A stretch of 64,000 bases of DNA from an uncultured cyanobacterium (GTDB lineage: Bacteria > Cyanobacteriota > Cyanobacteriia > Phormidesmidales > Phormidesmidaceae): the NCBI GenBank assembly GCA_963803535.1, contig CAWDNC010000009.1, forward strand, positions 140,571 to 204,570, read 5' to 3'. Positions 12,464 to 20,772 of the stretch are shown in pieces (the first letter of the stretch is position 1; each line of letters opens with the position of its first letter). The translations under genes were made by a program, and so were the position numbers. The notes below the pieces were generated by a model. The model worked only from the letters and a program-made list of their open reading frames with translations. It was not told where the DNA came from and did no database searches.

Positions 12464-13828
12464 ATGACAACTACTAAATACAAGCCACCTGTTGCAACCT
12501 CTACGCTGGCGCTCCAAAAGCCTAAAAACATCTCGCCGAGTGATATCGAGACAGAGCTACAGAATATTTGGCAGACGCAGGAAGGCGATCGCAACACCCC
12601 CAGCGTCAAACGGGCCGATACCTTCACCATGGTCATCTACGAGCCAGAAGAAATTCAGCAGCTGCTCGGCACCCTGAGCTTTTACAAAAATGACATCGAC
12701 GGCCTGCATCGCTCAGAAACCAGAGAAGCGATTTTGTTGGCACAAAAAGCCTACAATTTAAGGCTCACGGGGCGAGTAGATACTGCGACGCTCGCTAAGC
12801 TACGCGAAGAAGTCAGTAACCTACCGCTCGAACAGCGAAAGCTCAAAAATGCTGACATTCGCGGGTTTAACTTTGACGGGCCTTTGGCGGCTCAAAACCC
12901 AGCTCGGGTGATTACGCTTTGTCCAACCTTTGGTGAAGACACGGGCGTTACCGCACAAGTATCTGCTTACTGCCCAGTGCAAAAGGCCGGTAGTGGCAAA
13001 ATGGTGTGCTGCGAGTACATTACTTTGCGGGGGACTAAAGAAGCACTAGAAGGCGTCGGCGATTTGGTGAACTCGCTAGTTATTGGCGATTTGCCTAAGT
13101 TTGTATGGTGGAAGGGAACGCCCAATCCTGAGCAAACGTTGTTCCAAACGCTAGCGCTCACCAGCAGCTGCTTAATTTTAGACTCCAGCTACTACGGTGA
13201 CGCGGGCGCTGAGATTGTCAAAATTCAGAAGCTGGTAGACGAGCACACAAATATTGCCGACCTCAACTGGTATCGCCTCGCCCCCTGGCAAGAGCTGGCT
13301 GCGGCTGCTTTTGATCCACCAGAGCGGCGGATGGCGCTTAAAGAGGTTGATAGAGTTGGCATTGATTATGAGAAAGGCAATCCGGCGCAGGCGCTGATGA
13401 TGTTGGGCTGGCTGGCGAGTCGGATGGAGTGGACGCTGAAGTCGTATGAGTACGAGGGTGGTGATTATGATGTGGAGCGGGTTTATTTTGTCGGGGAAGG
13501 CGATCGCACCATCGAAGCCGAACTCGCAGGCATTCCTGTTATCGACCAGGGCGAAGTCACGGGCGATCTCACCGGCGTACGCTTGCAATCGACCAATCCT
13601 CAGGCCAACTGCAACACTATTTTGTGTTCTGAAACGGTGGGCTGTATGAGAATGGAGTCGGGCGGCAGCGCCCAAAGTAGCCTCGTAAAAGAGGTCACGT
13701 CTCTCTCCGATCAGCGCTCAGACCTACTGCTGGGCCAGCAGCTACAGCGATGGGGCGAGGACGTTCTCTTTGAAGAAAGTCTGTCTGTCACCTCAGACAT
13801 TTTAGAAGTGATTACACAGCACCGTTAG
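12464..13828 (+). CDS. opcA: G6PDH assembly/activator protein OpcA
   Basis: Directly after zwf; CPV...CCEYITL, DLPKFVWWKG, IADLNW.RL.PWQE motifs. Confidence 0.93.
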   Translation: MTTTKYKPPVATSTLALQKPKNISPSDIETELQNIWQTQEGDRNTPSVKRADTFTMVIYEPEEIQQLLGTLSFYKNDIDGLHRSETREAILLAQKAYNLRLTGRVDTATLAKLREEVSNLPLEQRKLKNADIRGFNFDGPLAAQNPARVITLCPTFGEDTGVTAQVSAYCPVQKAGSGKMVCCEYITLRGTKEALEGVGDLVNSLVIGDLPKFVWWKGTPNPEQTLFQTLALTSSCLILDSSYYGDAGAEIVKIQKLVDEHTNIADLNWYRLAPWQELAAAAFDPPERRMALKEVDRVGIDYEKGNPAQALMMLGWLASRMEWTLKSYEYEGGDYDVERVYFVGEGDRTIEAELAGIPVIDQGEVTGDLTGVRLQSTNPQANCNTILCSETVGCMRMESGGSAQSSLVKEVTSLSDQRSDLLLGQQLQRWGEDVLFEESLSVTSDILEVITQHR

Positions 13829-14199
13829 TCAGCATCGCTGATTGTCTAAAAAAAAAAACAAAACAAAAAAGAGGCTACAGCTGGTAGGTCTGGCAGTCCG
13901 GCGACATAAATGGATCAACTTACATGCTGATGGGAGTCGGGCCGAGTGCATCAACGCCTCGCAAAGCTCTCTGGAATCCGGGATCAGCGCCAATTATCGC
14001 GCAGATCGGAGTTTTCAACGCTCGCTGCGAGCTGATGAAAAATAGCGATCTTTGATAAGAAACGCTAATCGTTAAATGAGCGATTATGATTACGTGATTT
14101 TAACAGAATAAATTGGTAGGATGCAGAGCGGCTTGGACAGTTAAGTTAAGTTCTCGAGAGTTCTTTCGGTGAAAATTGTGCTGCAAAGGTGTAGATAAA

Positions 14200-14640
14200 T
14201 CAGCTAGAGGCTGTTCCAGCAAATTTCTCATCAAAGCTTCGATTTCTTTTTTGCCGCTCTAGCTCTAGGATGTTCTCAAAATCGGCTAAGCGATTTGTGA
14301 GCCACTCGTAAATAGGTGGTATTTTTACCTTGCGACTTAAATAGTAAGGCAGCAGATTGCTCGAACACCTCACAACCAGCACAGCTTTCTGCAAATTAGC
14401 ACTGAGATCTCTGGCAAAATAGCTGGATAGCAGCGGTCAAAACAATTGAAGCGACCGATCTTGCAAAGCAAAAATATCGTCTTCATCTAGGCTACTATTT
14501 CTCGGTCGTCATTCACACCAACAACTAGCTTGCCACCACTTGTATTGGCAAAAGCTACGACCGTTTTCACAATCTGGTTGTGCTGAGGAAGCTGTAATTT
14601 CAGCTCTATCGTTTTGCTTTCGCCTGTTGAATTTGATTGA
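14200..14640 (-). pseudogene. Decayed AlbA_2 (Schlafen-like) DNA-binding protein, N-terminal remnant
   Basis: ESKTIELKLQLP...KTVVAFANTSGGKLVVGVNDD, continuing across several frames (LDEDDIFALQDR / FDRCYPAILPEI / PYYL...TNR...FENILELERQKRNRSFDE) with stops; no downstream half. Confidence 0.75.
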
Positions 14641-14758
14641 GCAGGTTCATAGCAGTTGCAGACGTTCAACTTCGTGCCTAAACAAAAAACGAGGAAGGGC
14701 ATATTTAGCACTTTCCTCGTTTTGTTTAAGCTAGTTTTTTGGGATAGAACAGCCGCCC

Positions 14759-15265
14759 TTAGCCAACCAAGTGCGCCTCTAAGAACCAGAGGCGCTTGTC
14801 GATAGTGCGAGAAATTTCGACGTACAGATCGTTAGTGTCCTGATCGCCCAAGTCATCGGCTTTATCGATGCTTTCACGGAGGTGCTTGGCGTAGAGTGCA
14901 TAGCGATCGGCTAGGGCCGCGACATGCTCCATGCCACCCACGGCGTCAAAGTCGTACTCGGGCAAAATGGATTCGCTGGCCGCCATGCGGACGGTGCCCA
15001 TAGCAGTTCCAGCTAGGGCCGTGACGCGCTCGGCTACCATGTCGCTGTATTCTTCTAGCTCGCCTGCCATTTCATCGAAAAGGAGATGGAGCTGGTAGAA
15101 GTCTTTGCCTTTGACGTTCCAGTGGGCCTGCTTGGTTTGAGTACGCAAGTCGGTGGTGGCCGCGAGTGTGCCGTTGAGCATGGCGACGACTGACTGGCGC
15201 GTGTCTAGCGGGAGATCGATGCGGGTGGGGTAGAAAGAAGTTTTGGAAGCTGTGGTTGAAGCCAT
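14759..15265 (-). CDS. dps: DNA starvation/stationary phase protection protein Dps
   Basis: KQAHWNVKG.DFYQLHLLFDE...D.VAER ferroxidase signature; WFLEAHL C-terminus. Confidence 0.95.
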   Translation of the reverse strand: MASTTASKTSFYPTRIDLPLDTRQSVVAMLNGTLAATTDLRTQTKQAHWNVKGKDFYQLHLLFDEMAGELEEYSDMVAERVTALAGTAMGTVRMAASESILPEYDFDAVGGMEHVAALADRYALYAKHLRESIDKADDLGDQDTNDLYVEISRTIDKRLWFLEAHLVG

Positions 15266-15507
15266 AAGAGTCTCCAGAGTTAAGGGTCTAAGTACCTTTA
15301 GAGCTTTGCTGTTACAGCAGCTGTAAAGGGTGTATCAGAGCAGCGAGATATATAGACAGTAGCGCACACAGTAGCACGCTATGTTTTGAGCTATTGTTTC
15401 ACGCTTGACTGAAATTGTAAGACCTTAGTTGAACTTCTATATTATACTCATAACGACTTCGCTTTAGAGGAAATATTTTAGAAGGATGTGGCTGCTGGTA
15501 GAGCTTG

Positions 15508-15513
15508 TATAAT
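15508..15513 (+). promoter_or_regulatory. Perfect -10 hexamer 7 bp before the ATG, suggesting a leaderless MNT-HEPN transcript
   Basis: TATAAT at 15508-15513, ATG at 15521, no Shine-Dalgarno in between. Confidence 0.5.
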
Positions 15514-15520
15514 TCTGGCT

Positions 15521-16426
15521 ATGAAAGCTTCTCACACTGAACAAGCTATCTCTGAAGAACTTCGGCCTTATGTTGAGCGTCGGCAACGGGTTAAGGCTGA
15601 GGGGCGATCGCGTCTAAAAAAGCGCCACCAGTCTGGCCTAAAACAAGCAAAAGAACTCGCTGACGTTCTCAAAACAGACTTTGGCGTAACCAAAGTCGTC
15701 CTGTTCGGCTCCATGCTTTCGGTCAACAATACTCACATGAGTTCAGATATTGACCTAGCCGTATGGGATTTGCCGTCAAAAGACTATCTAGAGGCTCTGA
15801 GTGCTCTAGTAGATAGATCTAAAGCGTTTCGCGTTGATTTAGTGCGCATTGAAGAAGCTTCAGACAGTCTGATGTCTTATATCGCGCGGGCAGGCCTAAT
15901 ACTGGGCGCGAGCATTCCTGAAAGCGATATGTTGACGAGAGACAACCCCTCTATGCCAAACTACACAGCCTTAGCAGGCCGCATCCATCGGGAACTGAAA
16001 GATATAGATGTCCAATATATACAGACACGCGGTCAGCTAGAAACGGCTAGAGAAACCGATCAAGTTGCTTACTGGATGGCTGTAAGCCTTGGCTTGCACG
16101 GAATCTATACCGGGCTAGAGAAAATATTTGAGCAAATCGCTCGCGATGCAGACGGGTATATCGATAAAAAGTCTGATCGCTGGCATAAGGATTTGTTAGA
16201 GCAGATGACGGCTACTATGCCGAATATTCGCCCCGCTGTCATTGATGAAAAAACGTTCCGCGCTCTGGAACAATATTTAGCCTTTCGCCATGTTGTTCGG
16301 AGCAGCTACGCCTACAGACTTGAGCCCAAAAGGATCGATGAAAACTTTCAGATCCTTGAGAATTGCTACGACTCTCTGGTTAAGCAGCTCAACGCGTTCT
16401 GCAATTTTTTACTCTCTGTTAGTTAA
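15521..16426 (+). CDS. Fused minimal nucleotidyltransferase (MNT) + HEPN/HepT-like RNase domain protein
   Basis: N-half has VVLFGS-x11-DIDLAV; C-half (from Met at 15953) has LHGIYTGLEKIFEQIA...WHKDLLEQM...FRHVVRSSY; one uninterrupted frame. Confidence 0.82.
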   Translation: MKASHTEQAISEELRPYVERRQRVKAEGRSRLKKRHQSGLKQAKELADVLKTDFGVTKVVLFGSMLSVNNTHMSSDIDLAVWDLPSKDYLEALSALVDRSKAFRVDLVRIEEASDSLMSYIARAGLILGASIPESDMLTRDNPSMPNYTALAGRIHRELKDIDVQYIQTRGQLETARETDQVAYWMAVSLGLHGIYTGLEKIFEQIARDADGYIDKKSDRWHKDLLEQMTATMPNIRPAVIDEKTFRALEQYLAFRHVVRSSYAYRLEPKRIDENFQILENCYDSLVKQLNAFCNFLLSVS

Positions 16427-16526
16427 GCATTACGGTTTTACACAATTCAGTTGATGGCTATAGAGCTACAATAACCCGTGTAAAACCCATCTATATATAG
16501 CCACCCCATCCACACTAGAAGCCTCT

Positions 16527-18017
16527 ATGACTGCCGCCGCACCTGCAAAGACAAATGCCGTCACTGAATACGAAGCCGTTATCGGTTTAGAAACGCACTG
16601 TCAGCTCAGCACGGAAACTAAGATTTTCTCCACAAGCTCTGCTGCCTTTGGCGCTGACCCAAACACCCACGTAGACCCTGTGACAATGGGGTTACCTGGC
16701 GTGCTGCCTGTTCTAAACGAAAAAGTTTTGGAATACGCCGTCAAAGCAGGCCTTGCGCTGAACTGTCAGATCGCGCCCTACAGCAAGTTTGATCGCAAAC
16801 AGTACTTCTATCCTGACTTGCCTAAAAACTATCAGATCTCTCAGTTTGACCTGCCGATTGCTGAGCATGGCTGGCTAGAAATTGAGACGTTGAAAGACGG
16901 TGAGCCGGTTCGGAAGCGGATTGGGGTGACGCGACTGCATATGGAAGAAGATGCGGGCAAGCTGGTGCATGCTGGCAGCGACTTGGCCGGTTCGTCTTAT
17001 TCGCTGGTGGACTATAACCGGGCAGGCGTGCCGCTCATTGAGATTGTGTCGGAGCCGGATATTCGCTCGGGTGAGGAAGCAGCGGCATATGCAGAAGAGA
17101 TTCGGCGGATTATTCGCTACTTGGGCGTGGGCGATGGCAACATGCAGGAGGGCTCGCTGCGCTGTGATGTGAATATTTCGGTGCGGCCGGTGGGGCGTGA
17201 GGAATTTGGCACGAAGGTTGAGATTAAGAACATGAATAGCTTTAGTGCGATCGCTAAAGCCATTGATTACGAAATTGAACGCCAAATCGCCGCGGTAGAA
17301 GCCGGTGAGCCCATCTACCAGGAAACGCGCCTGTGGGAAGAAGGGCCGAACCGTACGAAAAGCATGCGAATGAAGGAAGGCTCTAGCGACTATCGCTATT
17401 TCCCTGAGCCTGATTTGCCACCGATTGAAGTGTCCGCCGATCAGCTCAATGAATGGAAGTCTGAGCTGCCTGAATTACCCGCTGAAAAACGTAAGCGCTA
17501 CGTAGATGAGCTAGGCCTATCGCCTTATGATACGGGGGTAATTGCGGACGATCGCGCGGTAGCCGAATACTTTGAAAAGGCTATTTCTACGGGAGCTGAC
17601 ACCAAGCTAGTCGTGAACTGGATTATGAGCGACATTGCCGGGTACCTTAATGCCGAAAAGCTAAGCATTAACGAGATTAAGCTAACGCCTGAAGCCTTGG
17701 CTGAGATGGTGAAGCTGATTGAGGACGGCACTATTAGCAATAAGATCGGTAAAGATATTCTGCCGGAGCTATTAAATAATGGCGGATCTCCGAAGAAAAT
17801 CGTGGAAAGTAAAGGGCTAAGCCAGATTTCAGACCCGGCTGAGATCGAAGCTATGATTGACGAGGTATTGGCCGCTAACCCTGATGAACTCGCCAAGTTT
17901 AGAGCGGGTAAAACGAAGCTTAAAGGCTTTTTTGTTGGTCAGGTGATGAAGCGCACGGGCGGTAGAGCCGATCCTAAATTGACCAATCAGCTACTAGGTA
18001 AGAAGCTAGCGGGCTAG
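16527..18017 (+). CDS. gatB: Asp-tRNA(Asn)/Glu-tRNA(Gln) amidotransferase subunit B
   Basis: [47 protein letters not shown]. Confidence 0.98.
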   Translation: MTAAAPAKTNAVTEYEAVIGLETHCQLSTETKIFSTSSAAFGADPNTHVDPVTMGLPGVLPVLNEKVLEYAVKAGLALNCQIAPYSKFDRKQYFYPDLPKNYQISQFDLPIAEHGWLEIETLKDGEPVRKRIGVTRLHMEEDAGKLVHAGSDLAGSSYSLVDYNRAGVPLIEIVSEPDIRSGEEAAAYAEEIRRIIRYLGVGDGNMQEGSLRCDVNISVRPVGREEFGTKVEIKNMNSFSAIAKAIDYEIERQIAAVEAGEPIYQETRLWEEGPNRTKSMRMKEGSSDYRYFPEPDLPPIEVSADQLNEWKSELPELPAEKRKRYVDELGLSPYDTGVIADDRAVAEYFEKAISTGADTKLVVNWIMSDIAGYLNAEKLSINEIKLTPEALAEMVKLIEDGTISNKIGKDILPELLNNGGSPKKIVESKGLSQISDPAEIEAMIDEVLAANPDELAKFRAGKTKLKGFFVGQVMKRTGGRADPKLTNQLLGKKLAG

Positions 18018-18116
18018 GCCGATTGCTTAAAGCCAGGTGTTCTATACAACGGATTGCCGGTGATTATGCTCACAAATTCTAGAATACGAACGTATAAATT
18101 CTAGAATAAGTACAGA

Positions 18117-18142
18117 AGAGGGGTTACGCCCCCCACCCCTCT
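18117..18142. terminator. GC-rich hairpin between convergent gatB and helicase genes
   Basis: AGAGGGGT (18117-18124) pairs with ACCCCTCT (18135-18142); no clear U-tract. Confidence 0.4.
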
Positions 18143-18273
18143 CATGCCATACTGTGGTCATGTAGATGCACCCTGATGGTAGGGAGAGTCACCGGCATTA
18201 GTTCGGGGCTCTCCTTTTTTCTTTTTAAAGCCATTTTCAAACCGTCTACATTCAAACCGTCTACAAAGGGGCG

Positions 18274-20715
18274 CTATCGATCCCACTGCTGCTTTAGGCG
18301 CTCGATGCGATCGCGCAAGCTCTCACTCGTCAGCCTCGAACTCAGCCGCTCCACCAGTAGCGGGAACCCAAACGGCGACGGTCGCTCCACATCCATCCAC
18401 ACCAGCTCCATTGCCTTCATCCGCTTCAGCGCTGCGGTCAGCCTCGGTGCCTCTAGCTGCGTTTCAATCACCTCTCGCTCCGCCTGCTGAAGCAATAAAT
18501 TCTCCGGCTCATACTTACTAAACACCTCATAGATCAGCGACGAACTAATCTGCACCTGATTCGCCGTTTTCTTAGACCCCGGATAGCCCTTAAATACCAG
18601 CCCTGAGACCTGAGAGATTCCTCTAAATCTCCGCTGCGTCAGCTCAGAAATATTCAAGCTCTCTTTTATCTCCGCATACAAGTCTCGCGTTGAGAAAAAG
18701 TCTGCGCTAAATAACGCCTTAAACGGATAGTCCTTTGGCGCTAAAATCTCAAAGCCATAGTCATTCACCGACACCGTAAACGTAGCCTTTTGCAGCTGCG
18801 AAAGTCGGTAGGCCCACAAAAAGCCAATACCTTCGTGTACATTGCGCCCTTCAAACGGATACACATATAAGTGCTGTCCTTCTCTAGTTCGGCAGCATTC
18901 CATCAAAAACTGACCCACTCCTGGCAAATGTGAAATACTGTCTTGGGTCGCCAAAATTGGCATAATACAGGCCACCTCAGGGCTGACGTTGCCTTCTTTT
19001 ACCTGCGTAATTTCTTCTCGTATGTACTGGCTTAGCCGATCTGAAATCGCTAAATACCCGCCGCTCCACACCGGCACCACGCTAGACTTCTTCTTCGCGT
19101 TTTTCACATACAGCGTCATATCCTTCATTTGAAAAAATTCAAGCTGCCTGCCCGCAAAAAAGAACACATCCCCTTTCTTTAATCGAGAGACAAAGCTCTC
19201 TTCTACCGTGCCAATAGACTTTCCCTTAGCATAGGTAATTTTCACCTGCTGATTGCCCGTAATCGTGCCGATGCTCATCTTATGCATCCGCAAAATTCGC
19301 CCGTCTTCTACCCGATACACACCGGCTTCCAACACAATCTTTTGATAGCGTGGATACGCCTTCAGACACTTTCCCCCTTTCTCTAAAAAGTTCAGCATCC
19401 AGCCAAACTCTTCTTTCGTTAAGTCTTGGTAGGAGAATGTCTTTGTTACAGCATCAAAAGTCTCATCGGGCGCAAAGCCATCACCGCAGGCTAACGTTAC
19501 CAAATGCTGAAGCAGCACGTCATAAGGCTTATTTAGCGTATGTCGTGACTCAATATCGCCTGCCTTCAGTCCCCGCCTAAACGCAGATATTTCCAACAGC
19601 TCCAGCGCATTAGTCGGTAGAAAGAACACTTCAGAGGTTCCGCCCGGTAAGTGCGCTGAACGGCCTGCTCTTTGCAGCAGTCGGGCTAGATTCTTTGCGC
19701 TGCCGACCTGCACCACACGCTCTACAGGCTGAAAGTCTACGCCCAGATCTAAGGAGGAAGTGCATACCACCCACTTTATTTTGCCTGCTTTGAGTCCCGC
19801 TTCGATGGCAAGACGAGTGTTGAAATCGATAGAGCCGTGATGCAGCGCGATCTGGTGTTCGTGATCGGGCATGGAAAAGGTAAGGGCTTGAAACCATTTC
19901 TCTGCCTGCGATCGGGTGTTCGTAAAAATCAGCGTAGAGCGCTCAATATCCAGCACGGCCACCAGTTCTTCAAACATTCTTAGGCCTAAGTGCCCTGCCC
20001 AAGGAAAGCTATCGACAGACGCGGGCAGTACGCTGGTAATCACCGTCTTACGCTTAATTTTTGACTGGATGACAACGGGATTGCTACCGATGCCCGTTGC
20101 CGCCTCGGCCGCCTCCTGCAAGTTCCCGAGCGTGGCTGAAATGGCCCACGTCTGTACGGCTGGCTGAAGCGATCGCACGCTCGACATGCACAGCTCCACC
20201 TGCGTCCCTCGTTTAGACGACATCAGCTCATGCCACTCGTCTAAAATCACGCAGCGCAGCGACTCAAACCGCTTTGCAGATCCCTTGTAAGACAGCAGCA
20301 CTGACAGCGACTCAGGCGTGGTAATCAACACGTTCGGCATCTTTTTAATTTGCCGACTCTTCACCGAAGCTTTGGTGTCACCCGTACGCGACTCCACCGT
20401 AATCGGCCAGCCCATCTCTTCAATTGGCCGCTTAATTGAGATTTCGATGTCTCGTGACAGCGCCCGCAATGGCGTGATGTACAGCAGCTGGAGACCACTT
20501 AGGGGCTTACCTGCTTTCTCTCCTGTCTTTTCTGCGGCGGCCAGCATTTGGGCCACTGGCCCCATAACCGCCCCGTAAGTTTTCCCTGAGCCAGTGGGAA
20601 CCTGAATGATACCGCTATGGCCCGACAGATAGGCCTGCCAAGTCTTTTTTTGAAAGGCGATGGGCTTCCAGTTTTGCTGGTCAAACCATTTCGTAACCGG
20701 GGTAAGGATCGCCAC
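18274..20715 (-). CDS. lhr: Lhr-like DEXH-box helicase of the ligase-associated DNA damage response type (Lhr-core)
   Basis: PTGSGKT, ITPLRALSRD, TTPESL, LDEWHE, SATLGN, HHGS, SSLDLGVD, QRAGRS; ~810 aa. Confidence 0.9.
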   Translation of the reverse strand: MAILTPVTKWFDQQNWKPIAFQKKTWQAYLSGHSGIIQVPTGSGKTYGAVMGPVAQMLAAAEKTGEKAGKPLSGLQLLYITPLRALSRDIEISIKRPIEEMGWPITVESRTGDTKASVKSRQIKKMPNVLITTPESLSVLLSYKGSAKRFESLRCVILDEWHELMSSKRGTQVELCMSSVRSLQPAVQTWAISATLGNLQEAAEAATGIGSNPVVIQSKIKRKTVITSVLPASVDSFPWAGHLGLRMFEELVAVLDIERSTLIFTNTRSQAEKWFQALTFSMPDHEHQIALHHGSIDFNTRLAIEAGLKAGKIKWVVCTSSLDLGVDFQPVERVVQVGSAKNLARLLQRAGRSAHLPGGTSEVFFLPTNALELLEISAFRRGLKAGDIESRHTLNKPYDVLLQHLVTLACGDGFAPDETFDAVTKTFSYQDLTKEEFGWMLNFLEKGGKCLKAYPRYQKIVLEAGVYRVEDGRILRMHKMSIGTITGNQQVKITYAKGKSIGTVEESFVSRLKKGDVFFFAGRQLEFFQMKDMTLYVKNAKKKSSVVPVWSGGYLAISDRLSQYIREEITQVKEGNVSPEVACIMPILATQDSISHLPGVGQFLMECCRTREGQHLYVYPFEGRNVHEGIGFLWAYRLSQLQKATFTVSVNDYGFEILAPKDYPFKALFSADFFSTRDLYAEIKESLNISELTQRRFRGISQVSGLVFKGYPGSKKTANQVQISSSLIYEVFSKYEPENLLLQQAEREVIETQLEAPRLTAALKRMKAMELVWMDVERPSPFGFPLLVERLSSRLTSESLRDRIERLKQQWDR

Positions 20716-20772
20716 AAAAGAAAAGTTGGGATGAGTAGATTTCTCTACCAGCCTAGCGGAACTTTAGTGTCC

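Noticed and set aside
9571-13828. fbp-zwf-opcA cluster without tal, and the long OpcA
   Set aside because: Well-known cyanobacterial oxidative pentose phosphate arrangement with known variation; not novel.
13847-13870. Poly-A tract as a retro-insertion tail
   Set aside because: No target-site duplication or associated element; homopolymer length is unreliable in this assembly.
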